The translations under genes and the position numbers were made by a program. 64,000 nucleotides of DNA, from positions 3,906,001-3,970,000 of the forward strand of contig OZ024758.1 in NCBI GenBank assembly GCA_964016885.1. Reading direction: 5' to 3'. Shown here piece after piece: positions 1 to 13,800 of the stretch. Under the pieces are notes generated by a model. The model saw nothing but the letters and a program-made list of their open reading frames with translations, ran no database searches and was not told the origin of the DNA. Positions within the stretch are counted from its first letter, which is position 1; each line of letters starts with the position of its first letter. This stretch comes from Eledone cirrhosa (taxonomy: Eukaryota).

Positions 1-159
1 ATGTAACATTCCTCCCAAATAAATGTTTAGGAACCGAAGATCGTTTCTTCATATAATAAAACATATAATATAAAATAAGATAAAATAAAATCTTACGTCA
101 CAAATGAAACAAATAATTAATGGTTGGTTCTCGTCCTTAGAAATCATTACCATTTGATG

Positions 160-558
160 TCAGAAATCATCGTCATCGTCTATCGTCGTCATCATCGTTA
201 TCATCATCATTGGCATCATCATCATCATCATTATCATCGTCACCATCATCAACATCAACACCATCATCATCAACATCAACACCATCATCAACATCAACAC
301 GATCATCAACATCAACACCATCATCAACATCAACACCACCATCAACACCATCACCATCATCACCATCACCACTATCAACACCATCATCATCATCATCATC
401 ACAACCATCAACACCATCATCATCGTTATCATTATTATTACTATCATCATTATTATTATTATTATTATTGTCGCTGTTGTTATTTTTATTTTTCTTGGTT
501 TGGTGCCAAAATCAGTAACAACCATTATTTTTTTTATTTTTTTTATTGTAGTTGTTGC

Positions 559-612
<54 letters not shown>

Positions 613-1080
613 CTCCTCCTCTCCCTCATCATTTTTATTATCATCATCATCATACTTATCATCACCACCCTCCTCCCCCTTATCATTTTATTCATCATCA
701 TCATCATCCTTATCATCCTCATCATCATGTATCATCATCACCACCATCACCATCCTTATCATTACCACCATCACCACCATCATCATCACCATCATCACCA
801 TCATCACCACCATCGTCATCCTTATCATCATCACCATCATCACCATCACGATCATCATCCTCATCACCATCACTACCATCACTATCATCACCACCATCAT
901 CACCCTTATCATCATCATCATCATCACGATCACCATCACGATCATCATCACCATCATCACCATCGCCATCATCACCATCACCATAATCATTATCCTTATC
1001 ACCACCATCACCATCACCACCATCATCACCATCATCACCATCATCATCACCACGATCATCATCTTTATCATCATCGCCAT
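160..1080. repeat. Compound (CAT)n/(CAC)n/(TAT)n trinucleotide microsatellite
   Basis: Degenerate CAT/CAC arrays with a TAT block at about 560-612; explains the poly-His/Ser/Ile/Asp ORFs in all frames. Confidence 0.97.
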
Positions 1081-1737
1081 CTTGTAAACTCAAATTGACA
1101 CCCAGTCATTGTCGATGTAGTAGTCCGGTTATAGTTTGTTTGTTCGTGCCAACAATGATACACGACTCTACATCGTTGCCTGATAATTTCAAATATTCGC
1201 TCGTTCAAGTCACTGTGATTAATTGGTCTCATTCCAGCCCTTGCCACATATAAATGGCGGTTGTCTGACGTGAAATGACGACTGCTCTATCACGTTGGCT
1301 TTTGTTTTCTTATTTGTAGGAAGAGAAACATTAAGATTACTGATATTATAGGAATCAGAACCTGTGGATGTGGAGTGGCAAAGTGGTTGAGGTGTATATT
1401 TCACGACCAACATGATGCAACACGAATCGCTGTGTAAAATTTCCCCGCATTGATATTTATTCCTGTAAGAATGTTCTTTGTCTAAAGCTACATACGTACA
1501 AAAACTATAAATAAGAGGCGTGGAATAGCATGGGGTAACCTATGTTGAATTCTTGCCAGTGTAAAGCATGAAATAAAGCCCTCAATGAGTGCCGTGTGCT
1601 CATAGTTACATTGAGGGTGGTGGTGCGAAAATTCAGCAAGGGATATTTTCATTTCTGTGACTATTTAGCTATGCTTATTTTCATTTTAGGCTGAATTTAG
1701 TTAAATATTTATCATATAAATGTCGGATGATATTAAA

Positions 1738-2100
1738 ATAATAATAATAATGAAATTATTGTGTACAGTGCTCAGGTGCACTACAACTCGTCAAAGGTGC
1801 ATGCATAGTACATAGAATAATGTACAAATATCAGGAAAGTGAACAATATCTGACTCATGCTATACATGTGTGCGCGTGTGTGGAGGGGCTATATCATGTG
1901 TAGTATTGGCGAATTTCAGGAAGCATGGACATTTTAAAAGATTTTAAAAGATGCTGTCTCTCCGCAGCAAACAACAGATGGCGGTAGTTTGTTCCATGCT
2001 TCAGCAACTCTAAGCGAGAAAAAACTTTTCTGAATGTCATAGAACCTGTGCTGTTTAAGTATATTTTAACCTTAAAGAAAATAATTCTCAAATTCAACTA
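1738..2100 (-). mobile_element. 3' end of a CR1/L2-type LINE (ORF2 C-terminus, 3' UTR, (TTA)n tail)
   Basis: Minus-strand translation DIQKSFFSLRVAEAWNKLPPSVVCCGETASFK matches the FFS-RV---WN-LP--VV-----FK C-terminal motif of CR1/L2 ORF2. Ends in (AAT)n on the plus strand. Second copy at 52246-52560. Confidence 0.85.
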
Positions 2101-2309
2101 ATCTCTATCCAGGTGTCTAGGTTAGTAATTCCTTCTATTATATAATTATTGTACAATTTTACCTGTGACCAGTTTTGAGAGCAAGGTAGAAACCTTCAAA
2201 CTTCTTATACTATTCCAGAACAAACTCTACACTTCAACTTCAGTGGTCAAACTTATAAACAGGACCAAACAACAGATACAATATTCAATTAAATCACTTT
2301 ATGATTATA

Positions 2310-2650
2310 GAGGTGGTATGCAGCATCTAGTTATGGCCTTTACGTTCTGATTTAAAACCCTTCCGAGGTTAGCTTTCCCTTTCATCCTTGCGGTGTCGAT
2401 AAAATAAAGCACCAGTACTGCACTGGAGAAATTGCAAATTGCTCAATCATTGCAAATTTCTAAATCAGAAACCAGGATTGGCAGTATCGGTAGAGAGTCG
2501 GACACCATGCTTTGAAGTCCCTTTATGATCTGAGTTCAAATCCCGCCGAGGTTAACTTTGTCTTTCATCCTTACGGGGTCGATAAAATAAAGTACCAGTA
2601 ATACACTGGGATAATTGCTGGCCCTGTGCCTAAAGTAGAAACAATAATAA
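2310..2650 (+). mobile_element. Two tandem copies of tRNA-derived SINE family 1
   Basis: A-box-like TGGCAGTATCGG, B-box GAGTTCAAATCCC, body CTTTCATCCTTACGGGGTCGATAAAATAAAGTACCAG, 3' end GTGCCTAAAGTAGAAAC followed by (AAT)n. Confidence 0.88.
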
Positions 2651-2726
2651 ACAATAACTGCCAACGGAGAAGTCATTCCTATCATTTTTCGAACATATTT
2701 GACTGTATTAAGAAATGTCTTCGTTT

Positions 2727-2759
<33 letters not shown>

Positions 2760-2907
2760 GACTGATGATGCTGCTGTTGCTGCTACTACTACTACTACTA
2801 TTACCATAAACACACATACACATATATGTAAGTATAAATATAATATATATATGAGTAAATAGATACATAATTAAATATATATATATAAATATATAAATAT
2901 GTATATG

Positions 2908-2958
<51 letters not shown>

Positions 2959-3442
2959 CCACCACCACAACCACGAGGGTAGCGGTTTTTCTCTAATTAT
3001 TACAGATTCCATAGCGACTCTGTTGCTATTTGCATACACATTCTTTCCTCAATTACCCAGCGAGAAACCCACAAAGTCGGGATAACAAGGTAGAACGCTT
3101 TCAAAATGCTTCCAGTCAAATTCATTAACCTGATAAGCGAACATAAAAATAACCCATGTCAAAGTCATGATTTCTCCTAGTAAATATGTCCCCTGGGAGA
3201 TTAGACGCTCAGGTTTATTTTCCTTTATGATCGTATGTAAACCTATATATTTTGGCTCATGTTTCTATTAGATTCATGTCCCCTGCTACTTAGTAAGTAA
3301 ATTATTATTGATATGTGTATACAACTGTGTCTACTCTAAAACATATTTCCTTAGTACGCTCTCCTGCCTCCACAAACTACACTTGGTATATTAAGAGTAT
3401 ACAATGTATCACATTAATGTATATACAAACATCTTTACGTAT

Positions 3443-3502
<60 letters not shown>

Positions 3503-3641
3503 TTCCTCTTTTACTAATATAAATACTTCAATTTTTCTGATTTTATCCAATTTATCCAAAATCTCTGAAGAAGTGACAACTGATTATACATTTGCTATCG
3601 AATACTTGCTAACATTATATGATTACGCAAGCAGCGATACA

Positions 3642-3686
3642 TAGGTATTCGGTCTGTTACAGAAACATATGTCAATACCTAATAAA
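3642..3686 (+). ncRNA. Degenerate hammerhead ribozyme relic
   Basis: Helix I TAGGTATT/AATACCTA (8 bp), GAAA-CATATG-TC, then AATAAA; the CUGANGA box is missing. Lies between (TA)n tracts. Confidence 0.5.
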
Positions 3687-3727
3687 TTCCTTTTTTAACA
3701 AAAGCACTTTCATTTTATATTCATCCT

Positions 3728-3763
<36 letters not shown>

Positions 3764-4166
3764 TTGGGAGGGTCATATTTGTGTAATAATATGGCCAGAA
3801 TTAAAAACAGAACACACTCACTGTTTGGTTAGTTTTCGCTTCTGTGTCTTTTATATCGGTTAATTTAATTTATTCGGTCCTCAATGTTACCATTGACTGA
3901 CCAACGGTCAGAAATACAGATACAATATAGATACAAACACATATATATATATAGTCTAACAAAGTTCTTTCATTACACATCTGCAACATCGTCAGTTGTG
4001 CTATTATGTTTCCTCCTGCTGTATTGTATGCATACGCCATCTTTATTTAGTCTGTTTATTTATTATTTATTTTTTTTGTCTTCTCTGCACATGCGTTTGC
4101 ATGTGTGTATATTTGTTTCGACACATGCTTTCATATCAAAAACCTCGCAAAACTAATTCATCGCCG

Positions 4167-4274
<108 letters not shown>

Positions 4275-4338
4275 CAAATATTTTCGAAGAAAAAGCAAAG
4301 GAAAAAAGAGTGTTCTATGTATATAACAGAGCTGTTTA

Positions 4339-4533
4339 ATTAGAAATGGAACAACACAATATATAACTATTCCATTACCAAAGGTTTCAGGACCCCAGAC
4401 AATATTAATATACGTCTAGATCGCTCATCAGACAGATGAACGAGCTAGACGTATATTAATAATGTTTAATTGTCTAGGGTCCTGAAAACTGTGGTAATGG
4501 AGTAGTTATATATTGTCGTGTTCACTTTCTAAT
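4339..4533. mobile_element. Fold-back element with hammerhead-like motif (minus strand 4371-4436)
   Basis: Imperfect inverted arms centred near 4432. Minus strand reads CTGATGA-GCGATCTAGAC..GTCTGGGGTCCT-GAAA-CCTTTGG-TA-ATGGA. Confidence 0.6.
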
Positions 4534-4551
4534 GTATGTATATATATATAT

Positions 4552-4695
4552 ATGGTTTCTACAGGACAAGAACTGTTTCTTTCGAAGGAAATCATCAGGA
4601 TGAAACAGTTCTAGTCCTGTAGAAGCCATTTCTATATCAAATATTTTTTTACTCTGCTAGGTATTGTGTACCTTATCGACGATTAAACTCGGGAT
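4552..4695 (+). mobile_element. (TA)n-embedded fold-back element, family B
   Basis: Arms ATGGTTTCTACAGGAC../..GTCCTGTAGAAGCCAT plus a tail. Minus strand reads CTGATGA-TTTCCTTCGAAA-GAAA. Homologous to 48980-49160 and 56565-56645. Confidence 0.75.
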
Positions 4696-4719
4696 ACACA
4701 TCACACATACACACACACT

Positions 4720-4753
<34 letters not shown>

Positions 4754-4770
4754 CGCACGTACACACTCAG

Positions 4771-4811
<41 letters not shown>

Positions 4812-4813
4812 CA

Positions 4814-4858
<45 letters not shown>

Positions 4859-4872
4859 GCACACATATATAT

Positions 4873-4918
<46 letters not shown>

Positions 4919-5719
4919 CACACATATATACACATACATATATATATATATACACATACACACAGACACACACGTATGTATATATATATATATATATAGA
5001 TGTATATATGTGTTTGTATGGGGGTATATTGAGTTATGTATTTATGTATATGTCTATCTATGTGTAATGGTGTAAGGTCACACTCTCGTTCTTTTATAAT
5101 TTAAACAAGTTGACAGAAATATGAGATTCTAGTAGAAACGAACGCCTGAAATAGTCTGATGGGACTCTCAGCATAGCGTGTTTTACATCAATGAATATTA
5201 TGGCAGATGAATTGATGGCTCATATTTGCAATGGAAGTAAAACATGTCGTACTGCACAAATATTTGGAATTAACAATCATCACTGTTCTAACTTACTTAT
5301 GATGGTAATGGTGGTGATAGATTTGAATATATGTTTTTGCTTGTTGGTGGTGACAGTAGCTGTACTGTCGTAGGTAGTGGAAATTGTGTTGTTGATAATC
5401 GAATTTATGTAGATGGAGAACGTAAGAGCATGAAAGCAATCAGCGAGAAAGTGCTACCAAATTCTGAAGAAATGTGGGTGATTTTCAATAAACAATTTGC
5501 CAAACTGGGACCTGAATAGAGGACGCTTTTCTTTGATGCTTATTTCAATGTCTGTCGTGAAAATCAAGCAGGGCGCGGAGGATAAGTTTTGCAAGTTTAC
5601 GATGACGCCAAGCAAAGTGTTGAATGCACTGAGTTGCTACGAAAAGACTAAATATATATATGTGTGTATGTGTGTATACATATTCGGTTTTTAGTCTTCA
5701 CATTTATTATTATTACTAT

Positions 5720-5760
<41 letters not shown>

Positions 5761-5764
<4 letters not shown>

Positions 5765-5875
5765 AAAGGAGTCAGGACTTCGACGACTGGGCTCTTTATT
5801 ACCCACTCTACTACCCTAAGTCTTGTGTACTCTGGTGCGCTATGTTCCACGTGACATCTTACCACACCCACTTTG

Positions 5876-5876
<1 letters not shown>
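5761..5876 (+). mobile_element. Family A fold-back element, internally deleted
   Basis: TAGGAAAGGAGTCAGGAC start and TTACCCACTCTACTACCC..CTTACCAC..TTTGTTATA tail; flanked by (TA)n. Confidence 0.75.
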
Positions 5877-5914
<38 letters not shown>

Positions 5915-5920
<6 letters not shown>

Positions 5921-6499
5921 ATAACAGGAGGCTGGACTGGTGTAAATCCTTGAAAGGTTTATTATACTATGGTCATTTCAATGACCGTGTTCCGTATGAA
6001 TCCGGTGATATCATTAGGTATTCAAAATATAACAAAGGAACATAACAGATAAAATCCATGGGTCCGAAAATCAAAGACAAAGAGGACGACTGACCAACTA
6101 GCTGCTTTTACCTCGGTCAGTCGCCCTCAAGTGATTCATACGGAACCCGGTCATTGAAATGATCATAGTATAATAAACCTTTCAAGGATTTACACCAGTC
6201 CAGCCTCCTATTATTTTAATTATAATAATTGTTTCTACTTTTGGCACAAGGCCAGCAATTATCCAGTACATTACTGGTACTTTATTTTATCGACCCCATA
6301 AGGATGAAAGGCAAAGTTAACCTCGGCGGGATTTGAACTCAGAATGGCAATTTTAATTATAATAATTAACTCCGTATTCGCACCACCAACTACACAAATG
6401 AAGACGAGTGAGCTGTATTACGTTGAGTATGCCATAATATTACATCAAGATTGACCATACGGAATGACCAATTCTATCCAGTGGTGAACCAACAAACCT
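5915..6499 (+). mobile_element. Family D fold-back element with hammerhead motifs and a nested SINE
   Basis: Inverted arms at about 5915-6003 and 6133-6217. Minus strand 5964-6021 reads ATAC-CTAATGA-helix II-GAAA-TGACCA-TA-GTAT; plus arm reads GAAA-TGATCA-TA-GTAT-AATAAA. Confidence 0.75.
6231..6349 (-). mobile_element. 5'-truncated SINE family 1 with 18-bp target-site duplication
   Basis: ATTTTAATTATAATAATT occurs at both 6213-6230 and 6350-6367. Confidence 0.9.
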
Positions 6500-6510
6500 A
6501 TATATATATA

Positions 6511-6704
6511 TAGGAAAAAGTATGACCCCGACGGCAGAGCTCAAGCCGTTTCGACGGCTATTTCTGAACTCCAGAAATAGCCGTCGAAACGGCTTGAGCT
6601 CTGCCGTCGGGGTCATACTTTTTCCTATTTCCCCCTCTACTACGCTATGTATTGGGTATTCTGGTGCGTTACGGTCCATCTGGTTCCTTACCACAAGTCC
6701 TTTG

Positions 6705-6706
<2 letters not shown>
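6511..6706 (+). mobile_element. Family A fold-back element (perfect 56-bp arms plus about 80-bp tail)
   Basis: 6511-6566 is the exact reverse complement of 6572-6627; (TA)n on both sides. Confidence 0.85.
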
Positions 6707-6752
<46 letters not shown>

Positions 6753-7879
6753 CAGATATGTATGTATACATACAGCTGTATTCTGTAAAACACGTTTCTG
6801 TAACACGTTTTATAGCTTCTTCTCCTGCCTCCGTCATCAACACTTGGTGTAGTGTATCGGTATATCAGATACATGACTCACTCTACAAGATTATAATATA
6901 CAAAATAGCGAAGGCATATGTAGTACTGACATGAATATGATGATGTTCCGCTCCATAGCAAAGCTTAGCTAAACGGATCATATTTCTACTGAGTCAGCGG
7001 AGATTTAAGGAGAAATCCTATTCTCGTCAGAATTAGAAGAGCTTAAAACTTCAACTAAAGCCATTTCGATAAATCAAATGCGATAAAAATTGTGTTTATT
7101 CTATTTTTATAATAGGTTTTTCATTTTAACAATTTTCCTCTTCTATCGTATATTCTCCATGATCATGAAGCAGCATTGTAACTTTCAACTTCAATAAGTT
7201 AATGTTTCTTAAAGATTCTCTTTTTGTCCATTTTCTTGTCTCAATCTTTTGCATATCCACCATTACACAGCGATTTCGTGCAACACTTCGTTAGGAATCC
7301 ATATCTCATGTGAAATTGATCACATCATTGCGTGTCCCACTGGAATCTTTTTTTAATTCCTAACCATTTCTTTTCTGATCTTTTTTCTATTATTGAGAAC
7401 ATATATTTAAGTGAAAGATGCCTTGATGCGTGTTCAATTTTAGACTTGTTTTACGAAATATGTTTATTTTTTCTAATTGTTTAATCAAATAGCTTATGTC
7501 ATTTCAAATGAGAGGATTATCATGGAAGCTATATCTCTTCGCAAAAGCACGTATTGATAATACTTCGCTATCACCATTTTAACAATAGATTTGTACAATG
7601 TTTTTTAAAATACATTTTAATGTCTAACGTAAAATAAAAGAATGTAACATCTATCTTCAATGATACACGTAAAACTCCTATTTTATAAAAGATGTGTAAA
7701 TTGGTTTCACTTGTTTTTTAGCAACGACAGTGATCGAGCAGTCGTATAGTGAATAGGAATGAATCTAAATCTAAAATCTAATGAATTTGAAATAGCAAAC
7801 CATGCGCTTCATTATTCAATATGCTTCTCTTTTTAACATGTTGATATGCCACGTCAAAGGTGCTTGTATATATGTATGG

Positions 7880-8182
7880 TGTAAATGTGAGTTCGATTCT
7901 TGGGCCGGATGATGCGTTGTGTCCTCGAGGATGTCATTTTATTTCACGTTGCTCCAGTTCACTCAGCTGTAGAAATGAGTTGTGACATCACTGGTGTCAA
8001 GCTGTATCTGCCATTGCCTTTCCCTTGGACATCATCGGTGGCGTGCAGAGAGGAGACTGGTATTCTAGGGGGTGTTTGCTAGTCTTCTACAATCAACCTT
8101 GTCTGGACTTATGCCTCGGAGGGGAACTTTCTAGGTGCAAATTCCATGGTCATTCATGGCCAAAGGGGATCTTTACCCTTAC
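7880..8182 (+). mobile_element. CORE-like SINE with 3' module type 1
   Basis: GAGTTCGATTC B-box and TTATTTCACGTTGCTCCAGTTCACTCAGCTG body. The 3' part is homologous to 42990-43190 (minus). Confidence 0.7.
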
Positions 8183-8538
8183 ACTTTCTGTGTGAGTGTT
8201 TATATAGTGAGTGTATATATTTAGAGGAGAGAAATTGTCAGGGCCTTTTGTACAGAGGGCAACATACCTTGCGGTATATTCTGCGATTCTGTGCGCAATA
8301 CGTTCAAATAAAACCAATATCATTATATCCTTTCATACTATCGGGTCCGAGAAAATAAATTACCAGTCAAAGGTGGTGAATTGGAAAAATGTGTAGAGCG
8401 TCAGAGGTGATGCTCTGATGGCGTTACTCCTGGGATGACATATTTTGGTAGAAAACGTAATCTTTAGACCGGGTTTAACGCCACTTAGACACTTGCTGCT
8501 TTTAGCGTACTTCACATTTTTACACACACACACGCACA

Positions 8539-8583
<45 letters not shown>

Positions 8584-8865
8584 ATTTATATGTCAATGTG
8601 ACCAAAAAGTGAGATTAAAAATATTTTAAAAACAATATTAATGCCTTTAACATGTTTTTTTTTTTTCTATGTAGGCATATATTTACATTTTAAATATATA
8701 TATATACTTTATATCATCTCTATTTCATTATACATATTTCGAAGATGCAAAGTTTTATGTATAACATACAGCAAAACATGTACTCCTCAGACAAAATTTA
8801 TAGAAAATGTATAATTTTTCCTGATATACCGGTAGACAAACGAACTAGACAGATCGGTGACCACC

Positions 8866-8950
<85 letters not shown>

Positions 8951-9159
8951 GAGAGAGAACAATTGTTCCACCTTATTTGGAGATCCGAAGGATGCTAAAC
9001 AACTGTTCTCGGTAATGGTGAACAAACTGTTGTGGAACAACTCCTGCTAAACTCGTGCAATGGACTGAGTGCTCTGCTACTACAGATATAACGCACCAGT
9101 GTTCTACTGTATGTATATATATATATTATATATATATATATATATATAATATATATATA

Positions 9160-9306
9160 TTATAGTTTTTAAAAAATATATGATCAACACTACTGTGTTT
9201 TTTTTGCAAGTGTAGTAGTGTTGATCATATATTATATTTTAAACTATAATGTAATGCTCAGAAGTATTTTCTTAGAGCTTAATATTTGTAACTGACTACT
9301 AAACTG

Positions 9307-9310
<4 letters not shown>
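9160..9310. mobile_element. Fold-back element within (TA)n
   Basis: TTATAGTTT..TATATGATCAACACTAC / GTAGTGTTGATCATATA..AAACTATAA arms plus a tail of about 60 bp. Confidence 0.55.
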
Positions 9311-9356
<46 letters not shown>

Positions 9357-9997
9357 CATTGTTAGATATTTAGATACACAAATAGTCACAGCATTTTGAA
9401 ATGATCTAGAATCCATCTGTACAACTGGCTGGAACCACTCTAATTTTACTTCTATTCCAACTACTACTACGATCACCACTGCTACTAATATTACTACGAT
9501 GACCAATCACTTCTACTAATATGAATGAGTCTGCCCTGTTTTCTCTGCAGGTGTACAAGCCAATTCTCCTGCGAAAAATTCTTTGTTGATTTATTGGAAT
9601 CGTGCTAATTTAATGAAATTTACCATTGAAAATTTACCGTACTGTGAACAAGACATTGTAAAACCTTGTTTGCTTATGGTTTCCATCGTACACTCACTTT
9701 GGCATTTAAAACACTCTCTTCTGTTCCTCCTCTCTTTCACTCTCTCACTCTCTCTCTCTCTCTCGCTGTCTAACTGCTTTGCTCGTTAATCTCTCTCCAT
9801 CTCTCTCACCCCTCTTTCTCTTTGTCTATCTATCTATTTATCTATCTATCTATATATATATATATATATATCCACTATCTCGCTTGCTCAACATTATATG
9901 CATATATTTGTGTGTATATGTATATATGTTAGCATATATATATACGTGTGTGTATGTATCGTATATATATATGTATATATATGTTTGTGTGTGTGTG

Positions 9998-10048
<51 letters not shown>

Positions 10049-10073
10049 GTGTATATATATATATATCTGTGTT

Positions 10074-10120
<47 letters not shown>

Positions 10121-10554
10121 CTGTGTGTGTGTGTGTGTGTACACTTACAGAGAGAGAGAGAGCATGTATACATATATTTATTAGCTTAAACTTCCTATCT
10201 GTTAGACACAATTGTCCATAAACATTACCATCAAATAACAATAGCAAGTTTGTAACCGCCTGCTGTTCTATAGTATGAGAACTTTGATATAGTTCTATAC
10301 CAGCTTTATAGTGAGATCTTTTGTTGTGTTGATATTGGTTTCATGCTGATGGAATGCCATGTCTACTTCTGTTGGAAACTCCATAAAGACATGTCCTTAC
10401 CTATCAACCTTTCATATATCTTATTGACTCATGCTAGAAATAGTCAAATCTATTTGTTCGTCTATTCAACACTTGAAAATATTGTTTATTGTTTTTATAA
10501 ATTGCTGTTTGTCTACACGATTACTGTAATCCATGGAACTAGTGTAATGTAATT

Positions 10555-10832
10555 CTTCGTCTTCTGCTTTCTTCTTTCTTTTTTTTTTCTTCTTCTTCTT
10601 CTTCTTCTTCTTCTTCTTTTTCTTCTTTTTTCTTCTTCTTCGTCTTCTTTCTTCTTCTTCTCCTTCGTCTTCTGCTTTCTTCTTCTTTCTTCTTCTTTTT
10701 CTTCTTTTTTCTTCTTCTTCTTCTCCGTCTTCTTCGTCTTTTTCTTCTTCTTCGTCTTCTTCCTCAGCTTCTTCGTCGTATTCTTCTCCTTCGTCTTATT
10801 TTTCGTCTTCTTCACGTGGTCTTCTTCTTCTT
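10555..10832. repeat. (TTC)n-rich tract
   Basis: Directly visible; explains the Lys/Arg/Glu-rich ORF. Confidence 0.95.
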
Positions 10833-11104
10833 TTCCTCCTACGGAGTCAATAAAACAATGCAAGCACGAAATTACAAAAGTCCACGAGTTTAATAACTGA
10901 AATGGCAGCTACCATTGGTTACGATTGGAAGTCAGAACATAAATGACTCTAAATATAGAGTGGAGTGTGATGCTTTATATATATATATATATATATATAT
11001 GTGCTCGGTTCGGGACTCGAACTCTCTGCGTGACCATTGTGAACCGATATCTCTAACCACTGAGTTACGTGCCTTTATAGTATGAGTGTCAGTTTCTTGT
11101 CACA

Positions 11105-11161
<57 letters not shown>

Positions 11162-11165
<4 letters not shown>

Positions 11166-11374
11166 CGAAGGAATTGTGGTAAGGAACCAGATGGACCATA
11201 ACGCACCAAATTACTCAATACTCAGGGTAGTAGAGTGGGTAATAGGAACAAGTATGACCCCGACGACAGAGCTCAATCCATTTCGACGGCCATTTCTGGA
11301 CTAAAATTATTATTTAGTCCAGAAATAGCCGTCGAAACAGCTTGAGCTCTGCCTTCGGGGTCATACTTGTTCCT
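11162..11374 (-). mobile_element. Family A fold-back element
   Basis: Tail at left, arms TAGGAACAAGTATGACC../..GGTCATACTTGTTCCTA, (TA)n flanks. Confidence 0.85.
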
Positions 11375-11453
11375 ATATATATATATATATATATATATTA
11401 TTTTTAAGCTTGTTCAATCCCAACAAATTAAATGTAACCTCTGCATATCTATC

Positions 11454-11485
<32 letters not shown>

Positions 11486-11640
11486 AATATAACAGAGTCA
11501 AACATAGATATATACATATATGCGTTCAAATCATAAGGGACCTAAACCGCTAGGGTGAATAAGGTACTAACTATGAACAATACGGTTTGCTAGACTCAAT
11601 TAAAAAGATGAATACGAATCGTGATATATTTCTGTGGGTG

Positions 11641-11799
<159 letters not shown>

Positions 11800-12479
11800 T
11801 AGTGTCTAGGTTTTGTTTCTAAATATGATTGTGGTTTGTCAACGTGCACCATATGTCATTCTGTTTCTACCTCTTTGATCATATATATGTGCATGTTTAA
11901 ATGCGCATTTATATACACACACACACGTATGGCGCGTGTATGTGTGTGTTTGTGTGCCTGTGTGTGTAAGTGGATGCTTTGTCGTGTATGTATGTGTGTA
12001 AGTGGGTGCCTTGGCGTGTGTGTATATGTAAGTGTGTTTGTGTGTGCATGTGTGTGTGTGGGGGGGGGGGTATGGCTGTGCCTTGGTCCATGTATGTGTG
12101 TGTGTGCACGTGTCTATGTATCCCTGTGAGGGTATGTTATTGCGTTGGTTCGTGTGTATGTGTGTGTGTGTGTGGTGTTATGGTCACGGATGAACATACG
12201 CCATATATCATTGCGTATGTATATATCACTACATTAATATCATTATCATAGTGTATATATTTATATCTTTATATGTCTGTCAACGTGTGTACTCACACGC
12301 GGACTTATATCTAAACAATGCAAATATATTCAATGATATTCAAATATTCCAGAACCATTTATGCATCCTTTTCTCTGAAATATCGACAGGAGACTCTCCG
12401 TGGGCTTCCCTTCAGATAACTCAACTGTTAATTTCATCACACAATCAAATTCTTCCTCCTATAAAATCTACTGAAATCT

Positions 12480-13800
12480 TGCTCTTCCTTTTCTTTGTTT
12501 GTTGTTTGTTTGTTTGTTTGATTATTTCTTTCTCTCTTTTTTTTCTTTTTCTTTCTATCTTTCTTATAAGTATGTCTTCTACTTTTTCTTTTTCTTCCTC
12601 TTTTTTCTTCCTCTTTTCCTTCTCTTCTTTTTCTTCTACTGCCTTCTTCTACTGCTTTCTTCTACTTCCTTCTTCTTCTTGTTCGTTTTTCTTTTTTTCT
12701 TTTTTTCTATTTTTCTATTTTTCTTTTTTCTTCTTTTTTCTTTCTTCTTTTTTCTTTTTTCTTTTTTCTTTTTTCTTTTTTCTTTTTTCTTTTTTCTTCT
12801 CGTCTGTTTATTGATTATAAACGGCATGTCTTGGTTTTGACATGAGTCTCTAAAGAACCTTCCAGATTTCCCCGAATTACATCGCGAAGAAAACAAAAAT
12901 AGAATAAAAATAAGAGAAAAAAATGAAAAGTAACAGAAAATGTAAATGAACCATAAGAGACAACAAAAACAACAGTAATAATAATAATAATAATAATAAT
13001 TTTGTTATTAATAAAGATAATAATATTACCAGTGATGATGATGATGATCTCGAGACATTTTTAATAAGACTGTTTGGCCACAAGACCCTGGAGATGAACA
13101 TAACAGAAAAAAAAACTGTCTCAATACCAACAATGACTACATCAATAACTATAACAACATCAATAACAACAACGAATATCAGATTAAAAAATATATATAT
13201 ACAAAAAAGAAAACATAAAATATAAAAAATACCCAATTAAGGATGTTGTAATATTATCCCCGTCTTTATTGATATAATTTATGTGTATTGTTGTCATTGT
13301 TGCTGTTGTTGTTGTCGTAATTATTGTTGTTGTTGCTGTTGTTGTTGTTATTATTGCTGTTATTATTAAAAACAGGAGAGAGAAATAAACCACATGAAAA
13401 AATAGGTTAAACATGATTGAATTTCTTTCTCTTTCTCTCTATTTCTCTCTCTATATATATCTCTTTCTCTCTCTCTCTCTTTCTTTCTCCCCCCCCCTCT
13501 CTCTCTCTCTTTCTTTCTCCCCCCCTCTCTCTCTTACTGTATTTCTCTCTTTCTATCTCTCCTCTTCTTTCTCCACCTCTTTCTTTCTCTCTCTGTCCAT
13601 CTGTCTTGCTCCCCTATCTATGTCTCCCTGTCTTGCTCGTCTCTCTCTCTTTCTCACTATCTTGCTCCTCTCTCTCTCACTATATTGCTCCTCTCTCTCT
13701 CTCTCTCTCTATCTGTCTCTCTCTCTCTCTCTCACTATATTGCTCCTCTCTCTCTCTCTCTCTCTCTCTCTCAGACACACATACACACATACACACACGC
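12480..13800. repeat. Polypyrimidine, (TTG)n and (CT)n low-complexity tracts
   Basis: Directly visible. Confidence 0.9.

Noticed and set aside
124-1098. 324-aa His-rich ORF and overlapping ORFs
   Set aside because: Open in many frames because (CAT)n lacks stops; no domain or splice support.
1305-1440. Possible exon after TTTTCTTATTTGTAG
   Set aside because: Downstream sequence resembles a decayed SINE head and the frames close quickly.
2478-2550. tRNA gene
   Set aside because: Has A/B boxes but no cloverleaf; it is a SINE head.
6511-6706. Interpreting family A as a TA-targeting Tc1/mariner MITE
   Set aside because: The inverted repeat is not terminal (one-sided tail), loop breakpoints vary per copy, and there are no CAG..CTG ends.
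9530-9789. Possible exon after the acceptor TTTTCTCTGCAG
   Set aside because: The open frame has no recognisable protein similarity, no clear donor, and runs into (CT)n.
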